The translations under genes were made by a program, and so were the position numbers. DNA of 32,000 nucleotides from Chlamydiota bacterium. Lineage in GTDB: Bacteria; Auribacterota; JACPWU01. The stretch covers positions 1-32,000 of the forward strand of contig JACPWU010000021.1 in the NCBI GenBank assembly GCA_016196885.1, read 5' to 3'. Of this stretch, positions 7,905 through 16,596 are shown one piece after another. The notes beneath the pieces are model-generated. The model worked only from the letters and a program-made list of their open reading frames with translations, searched no databases and was not told where the DNA came from. The number at the start of each line of letters is the position of its first letter. Positions within the stretch are counted from its first letter, which is position 1.

Positions 7905-8730
7905 TTTCTCGCCCCAATCCCACCATGCTCAATCCCCACCGATTCGCTTTTTCAAAAAAAAATTTTCGATCTAAAATTAATGTTTTTCCTGCCTCTACCC
8001 CTAAAAGAGATGCCTTGGCTTTTCGAAGCACCCGCAATGTCTTGAGCCCAATCACCGGAACATCATAGCGCATGTCTTGATGGGACCGTGCCATTTTCAC
8101 CACCACCGCCCCTTTTCCTGCCAATTTTCCGCCTCTTAAAATGGTAGCATCAGTCCCTTCCATACCTTCCAAAGCAACCAGAACTCCCTTTTTCACCACC
8201 ACCGTCTGCCCCACCTCTAAATCCGCTAGGACCTTTGCCACTCTCAAACCATATTTCAAATCTTGCCAGTCTTCATCTGATGGCGCATGATTTGTTAAAA
8301 CACCCTCCTCGGCCAATTCACTTTTTAAAAACAACGTGGACTCAAGAAAATGGACTCCCTCTTTCTCCCATTTTTGAATCAATCCCCCCAAAAGACTTTT
8401 GGCATCTTTCTGGGGAGAACCCTTAAAAAATTTCAACCCCTCCACATCAAATTTCAAAGCCCTCAAAGCGAACTTATGTGGAATTTGACCCGCCATCACC
8501 CAGTCATGGACCTGACTCTCTTTTAAAATTTTCAACAACTTTCCAATTTCTCCGATGCCGATCCAGAACATCTGATCCACAAATTTTCCAAATGAGCGAT
8601 CGGTAATCCCCAGAAATCCAATTCCGATTATTTTCTTCACCCCTTGCTGACGGGCCGACTCAGCCACTGAAAGAGGGAAATCTCGATTTCCAGCAATAAT
8701 ACCTAGGGAGTCTATGTTATGCATTTTCAT
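7891..8730 (-). CDS. lpxI: UDP-2,3-diacylglucosamine diphosphatase LpxI (DUF1009)
   Basis: Has the N-terminal LGIIAGNRDFPL motif and a C-terminal ALEGMEGTDATILRG ... DMRYDVPVIGLKT ... LGVEAGKTLILD pattern typical of LpxI. The start is trimmed to ATG 8730, because the ORF-track TTG at 8802 lies inside hairpin D. Confidence 0.8.
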   Translation of the reverse strand: MKMHNIDSLGIIAGNRDFPLSVAESARQQGVKKIIGIGFLGITDRSFGKFVDQMFWIGIGEIGKLLKILKESQVHDWVMAGQIPHKFALRALKFDVEGLKFFKGSPQKDAKSLLGGLIQKWEKEGVHFLESTLFLKSELAEEGVLTNHAPSDEDWQDLKYGLRVAKVLADLEVGQTVVVKKGVLVALEGMEGTDATILRGGKLAGKGAVVVKMARSHQDMRYDVPVIGLKTLRVLRKAKASLLGVEAGKTLILDRKFFFEKANRWGLSMVGLGRENAKT

Positions 8731-8780
8731 CTTAATTTTTTGTGACAATCCTTGAGGAGGTTTCGGTAAGCCGTATGAAT

Positions 8781-8855
8781 AGGGGCAAGGGTCAAGAGTC
8801 AAGAAAAAACACTAAATTGATTATTCTTGACCCATGACCCATGACCCTTGCCCCT
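8781..8855. repeat. Periodic-arm hairpin D (7-nt unit)
   Basis: Left arm reads aggggcaagg + gtcaaga x2. Right arm reads tcttgac/ccatgac/ccatgac/ccttgcccct. The outer 14 bp are perfectly complementary, and the loop is A-rich. Confidence 0.9.
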
Positions 8856-8892
8856 CGCAAGAGAAATACAAACAACACTTCACCCTACAACA

Positions 8893-9663
8893 TCATCTTC
8901 CAATCCCTCTTTCCGAAGCTCGAACAAATTCAAGAAGATGCTCCATTTCAGGGGAAGTTGGAATTTCTGCTTCGACTTTCGAAACGGCATGGGCCACGGT
9001 GAGTTTGGACCGAAAAAGAATCTTAAAAGCCTTTTTAATGTTTTTTTGCAATTCTTGATTCATGCCGCTGCGTGTGAGTCCCACACCATTGATGGTACGC
9101 ACCACCGCGGGATGACCATCCACCATCGCATAGGGAGGAACATCCTGAACGACTTTCGAACATCCACCCACAATGGCCAGGGTTCCAATCTTACAAAACT
9201 GATGAACAGCAGAGAGTCCCCCAATGACGGCCCCATCTTCAATATCCACATGTCCAGCCAATGTCCCCACATTGGCAATAATCACGCGACTTCCCACCCG
9301 GCAATTGTGTGCCACGTGGGCATACGCCATGATCCAGCAATCTTCTCCCACAAGGGTTGCTGTGTCTTCACCCGTCCCCCGATTGATGGTCACAAATTCA
9401 CGAATGACGGTCCGGGCACCTATCCGAGCGTAAACCTTTTCACCTTTAAATTTTTTATCCTGCGAGTCGCTTCCCACAGAGGCCCAAGGGTAAATACGCA
9501 CATCCGTCCCGATGAAGGTATCGCGCCCAATCACCACATGGGAATCAATGAAAGACCCCTTCCCAATCTCTGAGCCTTCCCCTACAATCGAATAAGGACC
9601 TATCTGGACATCAGAATCAATGCGTGCAGTGGGATGAATAATCGCGGTTGGATGAACGGACAT
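8893..9663 (-). CDS. lpxA: Acyl-ACP--UDP-N-acetylglucosamine O-acyltransferase
   Basis: 256 aa. It has the N-terminal IHPTA motif, hexapeptide (LbH) repeats and a helical C-terminal domain. It is adjacent to fabZ. Confidence 0.92.
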   Translation of the reverse strand: MSVHPTAIIHPTARIDSDVQIGPYSIVGEGSEIGKGSFIDSHVVIGRDTFIGTDVRIYPWASVGSDSQDKKFKGEKVYARIGARTVIREFVTINRGTGEDTATLVGEDCWIMAYAHVAHNCRVGSRVIIANVGTLAGHVDIEDGAVIGGLSAVHQFCKIGTLAIVGGCSKVVQDVPPYAMVDGHPAVVRTINGVGLTRSGMNQELQKNIKKAFKILFRSKLTVAHAVSKVEAEIPTSPEMEHLLEFVRASERGIGR

Positions 9664-9687
9664 GATTTAAACCCTTTAAGAAAAGCC

Positions 9688-9760
9688 CACAGTCCACGGT
9701 CCATAGTCGATAGAAAAATAAAAAATCCCTTCGAACTATTGACCATGGACTATGGACTGT
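9688..9760. repeat. Periodic-arm hairpin E (7-nt unit); right arm supplies the last fabZ codons
   Basis: Left arm reads cacagtc/cacggtc/catagtc/gatag. Right arm reads ctattga/ccatgga/ctatgga/ctgt. The loop contains AAAATCC (9722-9728). Confidence 0.88.
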
Positions 9761-10205
9761 TATGTTCCAGCTCCACCAAACCAAACATCAAATCTGCCTC
9801 GGCCACCAATTGATCTTGGACAAAGGCACTTCCTTTAACCATCCCTGTCTTACTGCGAGCCCGAAGCAGTTCAACTTCAAAACGCAATTGATCGCCTGGG
9901 ATCACCGTCTTTCGAAATCTTGCATTGTCAATCGCCGTAAAATAAGCAAGTTTGCCTTTCGCCTCAGCCCTGCTTAAAAGCATGACCCCCGCCACTTGGG
10001 CCATGGCTTCCAAAATCAATACACCCGGCATCACGGGATGCCCAGGGAAGTGACCTACAAAGAAACTTTCAGTGATCGTCACATTTTTCAAACCCACGGC
10101 CTTTGTGTCTGTCATTTCAAGCATCCGATCTACCAAGAGAAAAGGATAGCGATGAGGCAAAACTTTCTGAATGGCCACCGTATCTAAAATACCATCCGCC
10201 ATCAT
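9750..10205 (-). CDS. fabZ: 3-hydroxyacyl-ACP dehydratase FabZ
   Basis: 151 aa with motifs [12 protein letters not shown] and [27 protein letters not shown] lies upstream of the ATG. Confidence 0.95.
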   Translation of the reverse strand: MMADGILDTVAIQKVLPHRYPFLLVDRMLEMTDTKAVGLKNVTITESFFVGHFPGHPVMPGVLILEAMAQVAGVMLLSRAEAKGKLAYFTAIDNARFRKTVIPGDQLRFEVELLRARSKTGMVKGSAFVQDQLVAEADLMFGLVELEHNSP

Positions 10206-10214
10206 AAATCCTCC

Positions 10215-11081
10215 TTAAGACCTCGCAAATTCGTGAATGGAACCTTCTTCAACCAACGCACTTGCCAATCGCTTGGCAAATTCAAAATTCATCGCATGAC
10301 CTGATTTGATGGCCATCACATGGGCCTTGAAAGGTTTTCCCAAAAGATAAAGATCCCCCATCAAATCCAAAACCTTATGCCGGACGCATTCATCCGGAAA
10401 CCTCAAACTTTCCTTGCTGAAAATGGCATCCTTTCCCACCACCACGGCATTGTCCAAACTCCCGCCCTTGATCAAACCTTGCTTCATCAAATATTCCACT
10501 TCATGATAAAAACAAAAGGTCCGACAAGGAGCGATTTGAGAAATAAAATTTTCTTCGTTCACTTCCACCGTATAAAATTGGTCCTTGATCTTGCTGTCCT
10601 TGTAAGACAGGGTAAATGAAATGCGGCAGCTCTCGGAGGGAATGGCCACCAAAGACGCATCACCCTCCTCGTAATAAACGGGTCTGGACAATCTCAAACA
10701 CGTTTTGAGAGACGCCTGCTCTTCGATCCCACTGGAGCGAATCATTTCGACAAAAGCCAGAGAACTTCCATCTCCCACGGGAGGTTCATTCGCCTCCATT
10801 TCAATCAGCAAATTGTCAATCCCACACCCCATCAAGGCCGCCAAAACATGTTCCACCGTATGAACCTTCACACCCTTTTCCTCAATGGTGGTCCCGCGTG
10901 TAACTCCTGTCACATTCGAGAGCCTCGCCTTCACCACCGGGCGCTCAGGAAGATCCATGCGAACAAATTCGATGCCCGTATTGGGAGGGGCAGGCAAAAA
11001 AGTAATGCGTGTTTTATTGCCCGTATGAAGGGCAATGCCTGAATAACTCACTTTTTTAGAAATCGTTTTTTGAAATGGCAT
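10215..11081 (-). CDS. lpxC: UDP-3-O-acyl-N-acetylglucosamine deacetylase
   Basis: 288 aa with motifs GIALHTGNK, TVEHVLAAL, FCFYHEVEYL and HKVLDLMGDL. Confidence 0.93.
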   Translation of the reverse strand: MPFQKTISKKVSYSGIALHTGNKTRITFLPAPPNTGIEFVRMDLPERPVVKARLSNVTGVTRGTTIEEKGVKVHTVEHVLAALMGCGIDNLLIEMEANEPPVGDGSSLAFVEMIRSSGIEEQASLKTCLRLSRPVYYEEGDASLVAIPSESCRISFTLSYKDSKIKDQFYTVEVNEENFISQIAPCRTFCFYHEVEYLMKQGLIKGGSLDNAVVVGKDAIFSKESLRFPDECVRHKVLDLMGDLYLLGKPFKAHVMAIKSGHAMNFEFAKRLASALVEEGSIHEFARS

Positions 11082-11088
11082 CTGAAAC

Positions 11089-12120
11089 CTACTGAGAATC
11101 TTTCAATTTCTCCACTTTTTTTTCCAACTCTTTCACCCGGTCGAAAAATGGACCCAGGCGGCGAACATTTGCAATATTTCTTTTTTCTTCTTGAATGGGA
11201 AGGGCGGGAGAGCCCCACAAAACCATACCTTTTGGCACATCCTTTGAAATTCCAGATTTTGCGGCAATAATAACCTCATCCCCCACTTCAATATGTCCGA
11301 CCAAACCCGCCTGTCCTCCAATAATCACATGATGACCAATCTGGGTCGTCCCGGAAATCCCCACTTGGGCTACAATCAGGCAATGTTCACCGATTTCAAC
11401 GTTATGGGCCACCTGAACCAAATTATCAATCTTGGTCCCTTTTTTAATCACCGTCTTCCCAAAGCGAGCGCGGTCCACCGTGACATTGGCCCCCATTTCT
11501 ACATCATCTCCTATCACCACATGTCCAACCTGGGGAATTTTATGATGAACCCCATCCACCGTCTCAAAACCAAAGCCGTCGCTACCAATCACTGTCCCAC
11601 TGTGAATGATGACACGATCCCCCATCACCGTCTCTTCTCGAATCGTGACATGGGGATAAATCAAAGTGTCTCGACCGACTTGACTGTGATGACCGATAAA
11701 CGAACCCGCCCCGATCGAGCTTCCTTTCCCAATCTGAACGCCCTCTTCAACCACGGCATAAGGGCCAATGTTTACCGATGGCCCTAAGGAAACGTCCTTC
11801 CCTAGAACGGCTGTAGGATGAATTCCCTTTGGAAATCCATTGGATGAAGGTTTAAACTGTTCAACAACCTTGTTAAAAGCCAGAGAAGGATTCTTACAGC
11901 GAATGACGGTTTTACCAGGAGGAGGAGAAATTTCCTCTCCTACCAAAACCGCACTGGCTCTCGTCTCATCCAAAAAAGGAAGATATTTAGGATTCGAAAG
12001 AAAAGTAATATCCCCTTCCCGGGCCTCCTTCATTCCGGCCACACCTCCAATCTTGATCTCTGGGCGACCCAAGAGTGTTCCTCCTACCAGTGTTGCAATG
12101 TCTTTTAAAGAAAGTTCCAT
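11089..12120 (-). CDS. lpxD: UDP-3-O-acylglucosamine N-acyltransferase
   Basis: 343 aa with the N-terminal LKDIATLVGG ... GDITFLSNPKY motif and a long LbH hexapeptide domain. It lies within the lpx cluster. Confidence 0.92.
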   Translation of the reverse strand: MELSLKDIATLVGGTLLGRPEIKIGGVAGMKEAREGDITFLSNPKYLPFLDETRASAVLVGEEISPPPGKTVIRCKNPSLAFNKVVEQFKPSSNGFPKGIHPTAVLGKDVSLGPSVNIGPYAVVEEGVQIGKGSSIGAGSFIGHHSQVGRDTLIYPHVTIREETVMGDRVIIHSGTVIGSDGFGFETVDGVHHKIPQVGHVVIGDDVEMGANVTVDRARFGKTVIKKGTKIDNLVQVAHNVEIGEHCLIVAQVGISGTTQIGHHVIIGGQAGLVGHIEVGDEVIIAAKSGISKDVPKGMVLWGSPALPIQEEKRNIANVRRLGPFFDRVKELEKKVEKLKDSQ

Positions 12121-12122
12121 GA

Positions 12123-12202
12123 AATACCGTTTCTCGTTTATCGTTGATCGTTTATCGTTAATGGAAATTCTATATTAACGTTTAACGTTCAACGTCTAAC
12201 AG
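12123..12202. repeat. Periodic-arm hairpin F (7-nt unit)
   Basis: Left arm 12123-12161 reads aataccgtt + tctcgtt/tatcgtt/gatcgtt/tatcgtt + aa. Right arm 12176-12202 reads ttaacgt/ttaacgt/tcaacgt/ctaacag. Confidence 0.9.
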
Positions 12203-12205
12203 CTT

Positions 12206-12748
12206 TTACTTTGCCTCCGCCGGCTTATCCTTCGCCCCTTGGGCTTTCGCCTTCGCCTTTTCATTCATTCTCTTGGTCACCTGTGCTGAAATATCATAGG
12301 TAGGGGTTTTATAAAGAAGGGCACGATCGTTGAAAATCAGATTGTACTTTCCTTCTTTTCCAATCTCCTCAATGGTGGCCTTGATATCATCAAAAATCCC
12401 CTTCAAGAGAAAATCCCTTTTGTTTCGAAGCTCGCTTTTTGTCTTTTCATCAAAATCCTTCAGTGCATTGATCTTCTCATTAATGACAGATTCCTTCTCT
12501 TTGCGAGCCTCTTCATTTAAAAGTTCTGATTCTTCCTTCAACTTCTTAATTTCATCCACCATCTTGGCCCTCTCAGCCGTTTTCCCCTTACCCTCTTCCT
12601 TCAACTTCGCATCATTCTGCTTCGTGAGGTCATATTCGTTAAAAACCTTTTCGACATCCACATAACCTATTTTTAAATCCTCTGCCCAAGCCTTGTTGAA
12701 CAAACTCAAAAAAAACAAACCCGCTACCACCATCGCCAACTTTTTCAT
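12206..12748 (-). CDS. skp: OmpH/Skp-family periplasmic chaperone
   Basis: 180 aa with signal peptide MKKLAMVVAGLFFLSLFNKAWA and a Lys/Glu-rich coiled-coil body. It occupies the canonical position between bamA and lpxD. Confidence 0.82.
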   Translation of the reverse strand: MKKLAMVVAGLFFLSLFNKAWAEDLKIGYVDVEKVFNEYDLTKQNDAKLKEEGKGKTAERAKMVDEIKKLKEESELLNEEARKEKESVINEKINALKDFDEKTKSELRNKRDFLLKGIFDDIKATIEEIGKEGKYNLIFNDRALLYKTPTYDISAQVTKRMNEKAKAKAQGAKDKPAEAK

Positions 12749-12773
12749 CTCAATCTCCCCTGTTTAATTTTTA

Positions 12774-15062
12774 TTAAAATGAATAACCGATATTAAAATC
12801 AAATCTCCCCTTGCTGTCCTGAAACCTGTCCCGATCAATGGGCCAACCATAATCCAAACGGATCGGGCCAATGGGCAACTCCAATCGAAGGCCAATTCCC
12901 GCGCCTGCCCTCAAATCCCCCAAATCAAATTCTCCATAATCCTCATACACATTCCCCGTGTCATAAAAAACAGCTCCGCGAACCTTTTCAATAATGGGAA
13001 ACGTCAGCTCAGTACTTCCCATAATCATGGAACTTCCTCCGATGGGTTCACCGTTTTCGTCCTTCGGGCCCACATCTCTAAACTTAAAACCGCGAATGGT
13101 ATTGGCCCCCCCTAAGAAAAATCTTTCGAAAAGGGGAACTCGATCCGTATCTCCGAAACTGTCCACCAAGCCCGCTTGACCACTCAAACGTAAAACGAGG
13201 GACAAGGGCAGGGGAAAATAAATGCTGTGCTTGGTCACATATTTCGTAAAATCGCGGTCAAGGCCCAGCGGTCCCCCTGCCAGCTCTCCACTGATCGCAT
13301 TTCGCATGCCCCGAGTGGGAGAAAGGGCGCTGTCGCGGGTATCCCGCGTCAGGGCCAATTCGATGCTGCTCACATCGGCTGTCCCTTCCTCTTGCTTAAT
13401 GGCATCCGAGGCCTTATCCGAAACATTTCGAATTTCATCCTCCTCCAAGGTGTAGGTCAAATCCGCTCTCACAAACTCCATCAATCTCTTCCCCAATCGA
13501 AGATCTCCTCCGGTTCTTCTTTCATCATAAACATCGCTCAAGAAACGGCTGTCCCTTCGGTAAAGATCCATACCGAAAGAGATCGGACGGTCAAAAAGCC
13601 ACGGCTCTGTCCAGCTCAACGTATAATCCTGGCGCTTGGTTCCCACCTGGGCTCGAATCCGAAGCTTCTGGCCATCGCCCGTAAAGGTGGGGAAACTCTT
13701 CCAATCAAAATTCTTTTGAGTGAGTTCCACAAAACCAATCAAATTATCAATCGAGCTGAAACCCGCCCCAAATCCGATCTCTCCCGTCTTCGTTTCCTCC
13801 ACATCAACTAAAAGATCCTTGTGATCCTCTTTATCCGTGGACTCAATGTCCATGTAGACGGTTTTGAAATATCCCAAATTCATCAAGCGCTCTTGGCTGC
13901 GGCGCACCTTGACCCCATTAAAAACCTCGCCCGGCTTCACGGCCAATTCCCGCCGAATTACAATGTCTTTGGTCTTCGTATTGCCCCGAATCTTAATCTC
14001 GTTTAAATAAGACATCTGGTTTTCCGTAATGGAATACGTGACATCAATACACTTGGTTTTGTCATTGTAAACAGTCTGGGGGCCAATCACCGCATCCACG
14101 TAGCCCTTGGCCAAATAATAATCCCGGATCTGATTCACATCATTCCTCAATTTATCCGGCGTAAAAATCTGCCCAGGGGTCATTTTAAAAGGCTGGGTGA
14201 TCTCTTGAGTCGGGAATGTCTCATTGCCCTCCATGACCACCTGTCCTACATAATAGAAGGAGCCCTCCTCTACCGTGATGAGAAGGGTCATCCTTCGACC
14301 CGTCTTGTCATAAGAAAATTTCACATCTTTAATTTCGGCATCAATGTAACCTTGAGAGCGATAAAACTCCAGTAAGCGTTCTTTATCCTCTTCAAAAACA
14401 TCCTCGTTGAAATTGCCCCCGAAAAAGATGAAAGGCCTTCGGGTTTTCATTACCTTGCGAAGACGCTTGGTGGGGATGGCTTTATTTCCTGAAAAATCCA
14501 CCCGCCGAATCTTGATATGAGCTCCCTCATGCACGTGGATGATGATGGCCGCATGTCCGATCTCCTTATCAATGGAGAGAGAATAATCCACTTGAGTATT
14601 GGGATAACCCTTGTCCCGGTAGAAATCCTTAATCGCCTGAACATCCTCTTTGAGCTGAGTTTCATTGAGGCGGTCCCCAATGGCCAATTTCATTTTTTTC
14701 TTCAAGGCCTTCTCATTAAATTTTTTATTTCCCTCAAAAACGATTTCCTTCACAATGGGTTTTTCAACCACGATAAAAGTCACCACCCACCCATCAAAAT
14801 CCTCGTATACATCCACCTGGACATCAGAGAAATAGCCCATCGCGTAGAGGCGCTTCAAATCATCGTCCACATCGGACTGCTGGAAGGAAGAGCCCTCATG
14901 TGTCTTTGCCCGGGACAGAATAAGATCCCGATTGATCGAGCGATTGCCCTGGACCTCCACCTTCTTCACAAGCTTCTCACCGGACGCTGCCCAAAGGAAT
15001 GTTCCCTGGCTCGTAAAGGCAATCCAAAAAACAAACAGACTTAAAATCATCTTCCGTATCAT
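12774..15062 (-). CDS. bamA: Outer membrane protein assembly factor BamA
   Basis: POTRA repeats are followed by an Omp85 beta-barrel that ends ...FDFNIGYSF (terminal aromatic residue). The start is trimmed to ATG 15062, which has GAGGGGG upstream and yields the signal peptide MIRKMILSLFVFWIAF. The ORF-track start at 15224 lies inside an inverted repeat. Confidence 0.9.
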   Translation of the reverse strand: MIRKMILSLFVFWIAFTSQGTFLWAASGEKLVKKVEVQGNRSINRDLILSRAKTHEGSSFQQSDVDDDLKRLYAMGYFSDVQVDVYEDFDGWVVTFIVVEKPIVKEIVFEGNKKFNEKALKKKMKLAIGDRLNETQLKEDVQAIKDFYRDKGYPNTQVDYSLSIDKEIGHAAIIIHVHEGAHIKIRRVDFSGNKAIPTKRLRKVMKTRRPFIFFGGNFNEDVFEEDKERLLEFYRSQGYIDAEIKDVKFSYDKTGRRMTLLITVEEGSFYYVGQVVMEGNETFPTQEITQPFKMTPGQIFTPDKLRNDVNQIRDYYLAKGYVDAVIGPQTVYNDKTKCIDVTYSITENQMSYLNEIKIRGNTKTKDIVIRRELAVKPGEVFNGVKVRRSQERLMNLGYFKTVYMDIESTDKEDHKDLLVDVEETKTGEIGFGAGFSSIDNLIGFVELTQKNFDWKSFPTFTGDGQKLRIRAQVGTKRQDYTLSWTEPWLFDRPISFGMDLYRRDSRFLSDVYDERRTGGDLRLGKRLMEFVRADLTYTLEEDEIRNVSDKASDAIKQEEGTADVSSIELALTRDTRDSALSPTRGMRNAISGELAGGPLGLDRDFTKYVTKHSIYFPLPLSLVLRLSGQAGLVDSFGDTDRVPLFERFFLGGANTIRGFKFRDVGPKDENGEPIGGSSMIMGSTELTFPIIEKVRGAVFYDTGNVYEDYGEFDLGDLRAGAGIGLRLELPIGPIRLDYGWPIDRDRFQDSKGRFDFNIGYSF

Positions 15063-15084
15063 GACTCCGCCCCCTCTTTTGAAT

Positions 15085-15244
15085 CCAAGGACAGAGATAG
15101 AAAATGAGAATCGAGACGCGACAGGTTGGCCCAGATGGACTTGAAGAAAACGTAGGCATACCTGCAAGGTACGTCGAGGCTTTCTGAAAGTCCAGATGGG
15201 CCAAGATGTCGCGTCGAATTCCATTTTCTATCTCTCTCCTTGGG
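15085..15244. repeat. Long imperfect inverted repeat (arms about 58 nt) between dnaB and bamA
   Basis: Left arm 15085-15143 reads ccaaggacagagatagaaaatgagaatcgagacgcgacaggttggcccagatggactt. The reverse complement of right arm 15187-15244 reads ccaaggagagagatagaaaatggaattcgacgcgacatcttggcccatctggactt. The outer part has a 7-nt stutter (agataga/aaatgag/aatcgag/acgcgac). Confidence 0.85.
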
Positions 15245-16583
15245 TTGAACTATGATTTTCAAAACGTGTGTACTCACTGATGAAGGTTAATTTTAAATCT
15301 CCCGTCGGCCCATTCCTCTGTTTGGCAATCATGATGTCGGCCTCGCCGGGAGAATCTTCTGGATTATAATACTCTCTTCTTAAAAGAAGCACCACTGTAT
15401 CAGCATCCTGTTCAATGGCCCCCGATTCTCGCAAATCCGAAAGCCGAGGTTTATTCTCAGGACGATTCTCAGCCGCCCGATTCAACTGAGAGAGAACGAG
15501 CACTGGAACATTCAACTCTCGGGCCAGGGCCTTTAAAGAACGGCTGATCTCTGAAATTTCCTGCTGCCGATTTTCAGATTTATTGCTGGAAGTCTGCATC
15601 AATTGAAGATAATCAATCACCAAAAGACGAATGTCATAGGCCGCCTTAAACCGCCGGGCCTTGGCCCTCAGCTCCGTTACGGAAAGACCCGGCGTATCAT
15701 CAATGTAAAGCGGGGCCTCGGAAAGCATGCTGGCCGAAGTCACCAATTGCGACCAATCTTTATTCGCAAGAAATCCCCTTCGAACATGATGAAGATTCAC
15801 CCGGGCATGAGAACATAAAAACCGCTGCACCAATTGCTCCTTGGACATTTCAAGGCTGAAAATCCCAACCGGCATTTTCTCCACCACGGCCACATGCTCC
15901 GCAATGTTCAGCGCAAAAGCCGTTTTCCCCATCGAGGGCCTGGCCGCAATGACAATCATGTCCGAAGCCTGAAGCCCCGAGGTCCGCTCGTCAAAATCTG
16001 CAAAACCGGTTGAAAGCCCGAGAAGCGCCCCCTTTTTCTGAAAGGCCCGGTCAATCGCCTCCATGCTCTGACGCACCAAATCCTTGAAGGGGAGATTGGA
16101 AGTGATTTGAGATCGCTTCTCGACAATGTCAAAAATCTTTTGCTCGGCCACATCCAAAAGCTTATCTACGGATTCTGGACCCTCATAACATTTGGAAATA
16201 ATCTCGCTCGCGGTATGAATTAAATTTCTCAAAACCGCTTTTTCGCGAACAATGCTCACATATTCTTCAACATGCGACGAGGAAGGCACCGCTTGTGGCA
16301 AGAGGGCAAGCGTACTTGCACCTCCCACCATCTCAATTTCATTCGCCTTTGAGAGAAATTCCGTCAAGGTAATCAGATCCAAAGGCCGATTGTGATCGTA
16401 AAGTTGAATCAGGGCATTAAAAACTTTCCGATGAGATTCCAGATAAAAACTATCAGGTTTCAACTGAGAAATCACCGTCGGAATGACCTCTTGATCAATC
16501 AAAATCGAGCCGAGAACGCCCATTTCGGCTTCGAGATTTTGAGGAGGTAATTTCTCGATGGGAACACCTGCAACTGACTTCAT
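15228..16583 (-). CDS. dnaB: Replicative DNA helicase DnaB
   Basis: Has the N-terminal PPQNLEAEMGVLGSIL motif, Walker A ARPSMGKTAFALN and the RecA-like C-terminal domain motifs. The start is placed at ATG 16583; the ORF-track TTG at 16610 overlaps rplI. Confidence 0.94.
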   Translation of the reverse strand: MKSVAGVPIEKLPPQNLEAEMGVLGSILIDQEVIPTVISQLKPDSFYLESHRKVFNALIQLYDHNRPLDLITLTEFLSKANEIEMVGGASTLALLPQAVPSSSHVEEYVSIVREKAVLRNLIHTASEIISKCYEGPESVDKLLDVAEQKIFDIVEKRSQITSNLPFKDLVRQSMEAIDRAFQKKGALLGLSTGFADFDERTSGLQASDMIVIAARPSMGKTAFALNIAEHVAVVEKMPVGIFSLEMSKEQLVQRFLCSHARVNLHHVRRGFLANKDWSQLVTSASMLSEAPLYIDDTPGLSVTELRAKARRFKAAYDIRLLVIDYLQLMQTSSNKSENRQQEISEISRSLKALARELNVPVLVLSQLNRAAENRPENKPRLSDLRESGAIEQDADTVVLLLRREYYNPEDSPGEADIMIAKQRNGPTGDLKLTFISEYTRFENHSSTQGER

Positions 16584-16596
16584 TCTGATAAAACCT

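Noticed and set aside
8848-9573. 241-aa plus-strand ORF
   Set aside because: It is entirely antisense to lpxA. Hexapeptide-repeat genes commonly give long open antisense frames. It has no motifs and no ribosome-binding site.
13227-13811. 194-aa plus-strand ORF
   Set aside because: It is antisense to the bamA barrel region and has a low-complexity composition.
15063-15224. N-terminal 54-residue extension of the BamA ORF, with analogous extensions of LpxI to 8802, Pth to 19185, SpoVG to 23169 and the response regulator to 26882
   Set aside because: The extensions lie in repeat arms or overlap upstream genes and lack ribosome-binding sites. They remove the expected signal peptide or conserved N-terminus. 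Internal starts with Shine-Dalgarno sequences fit homologs better.
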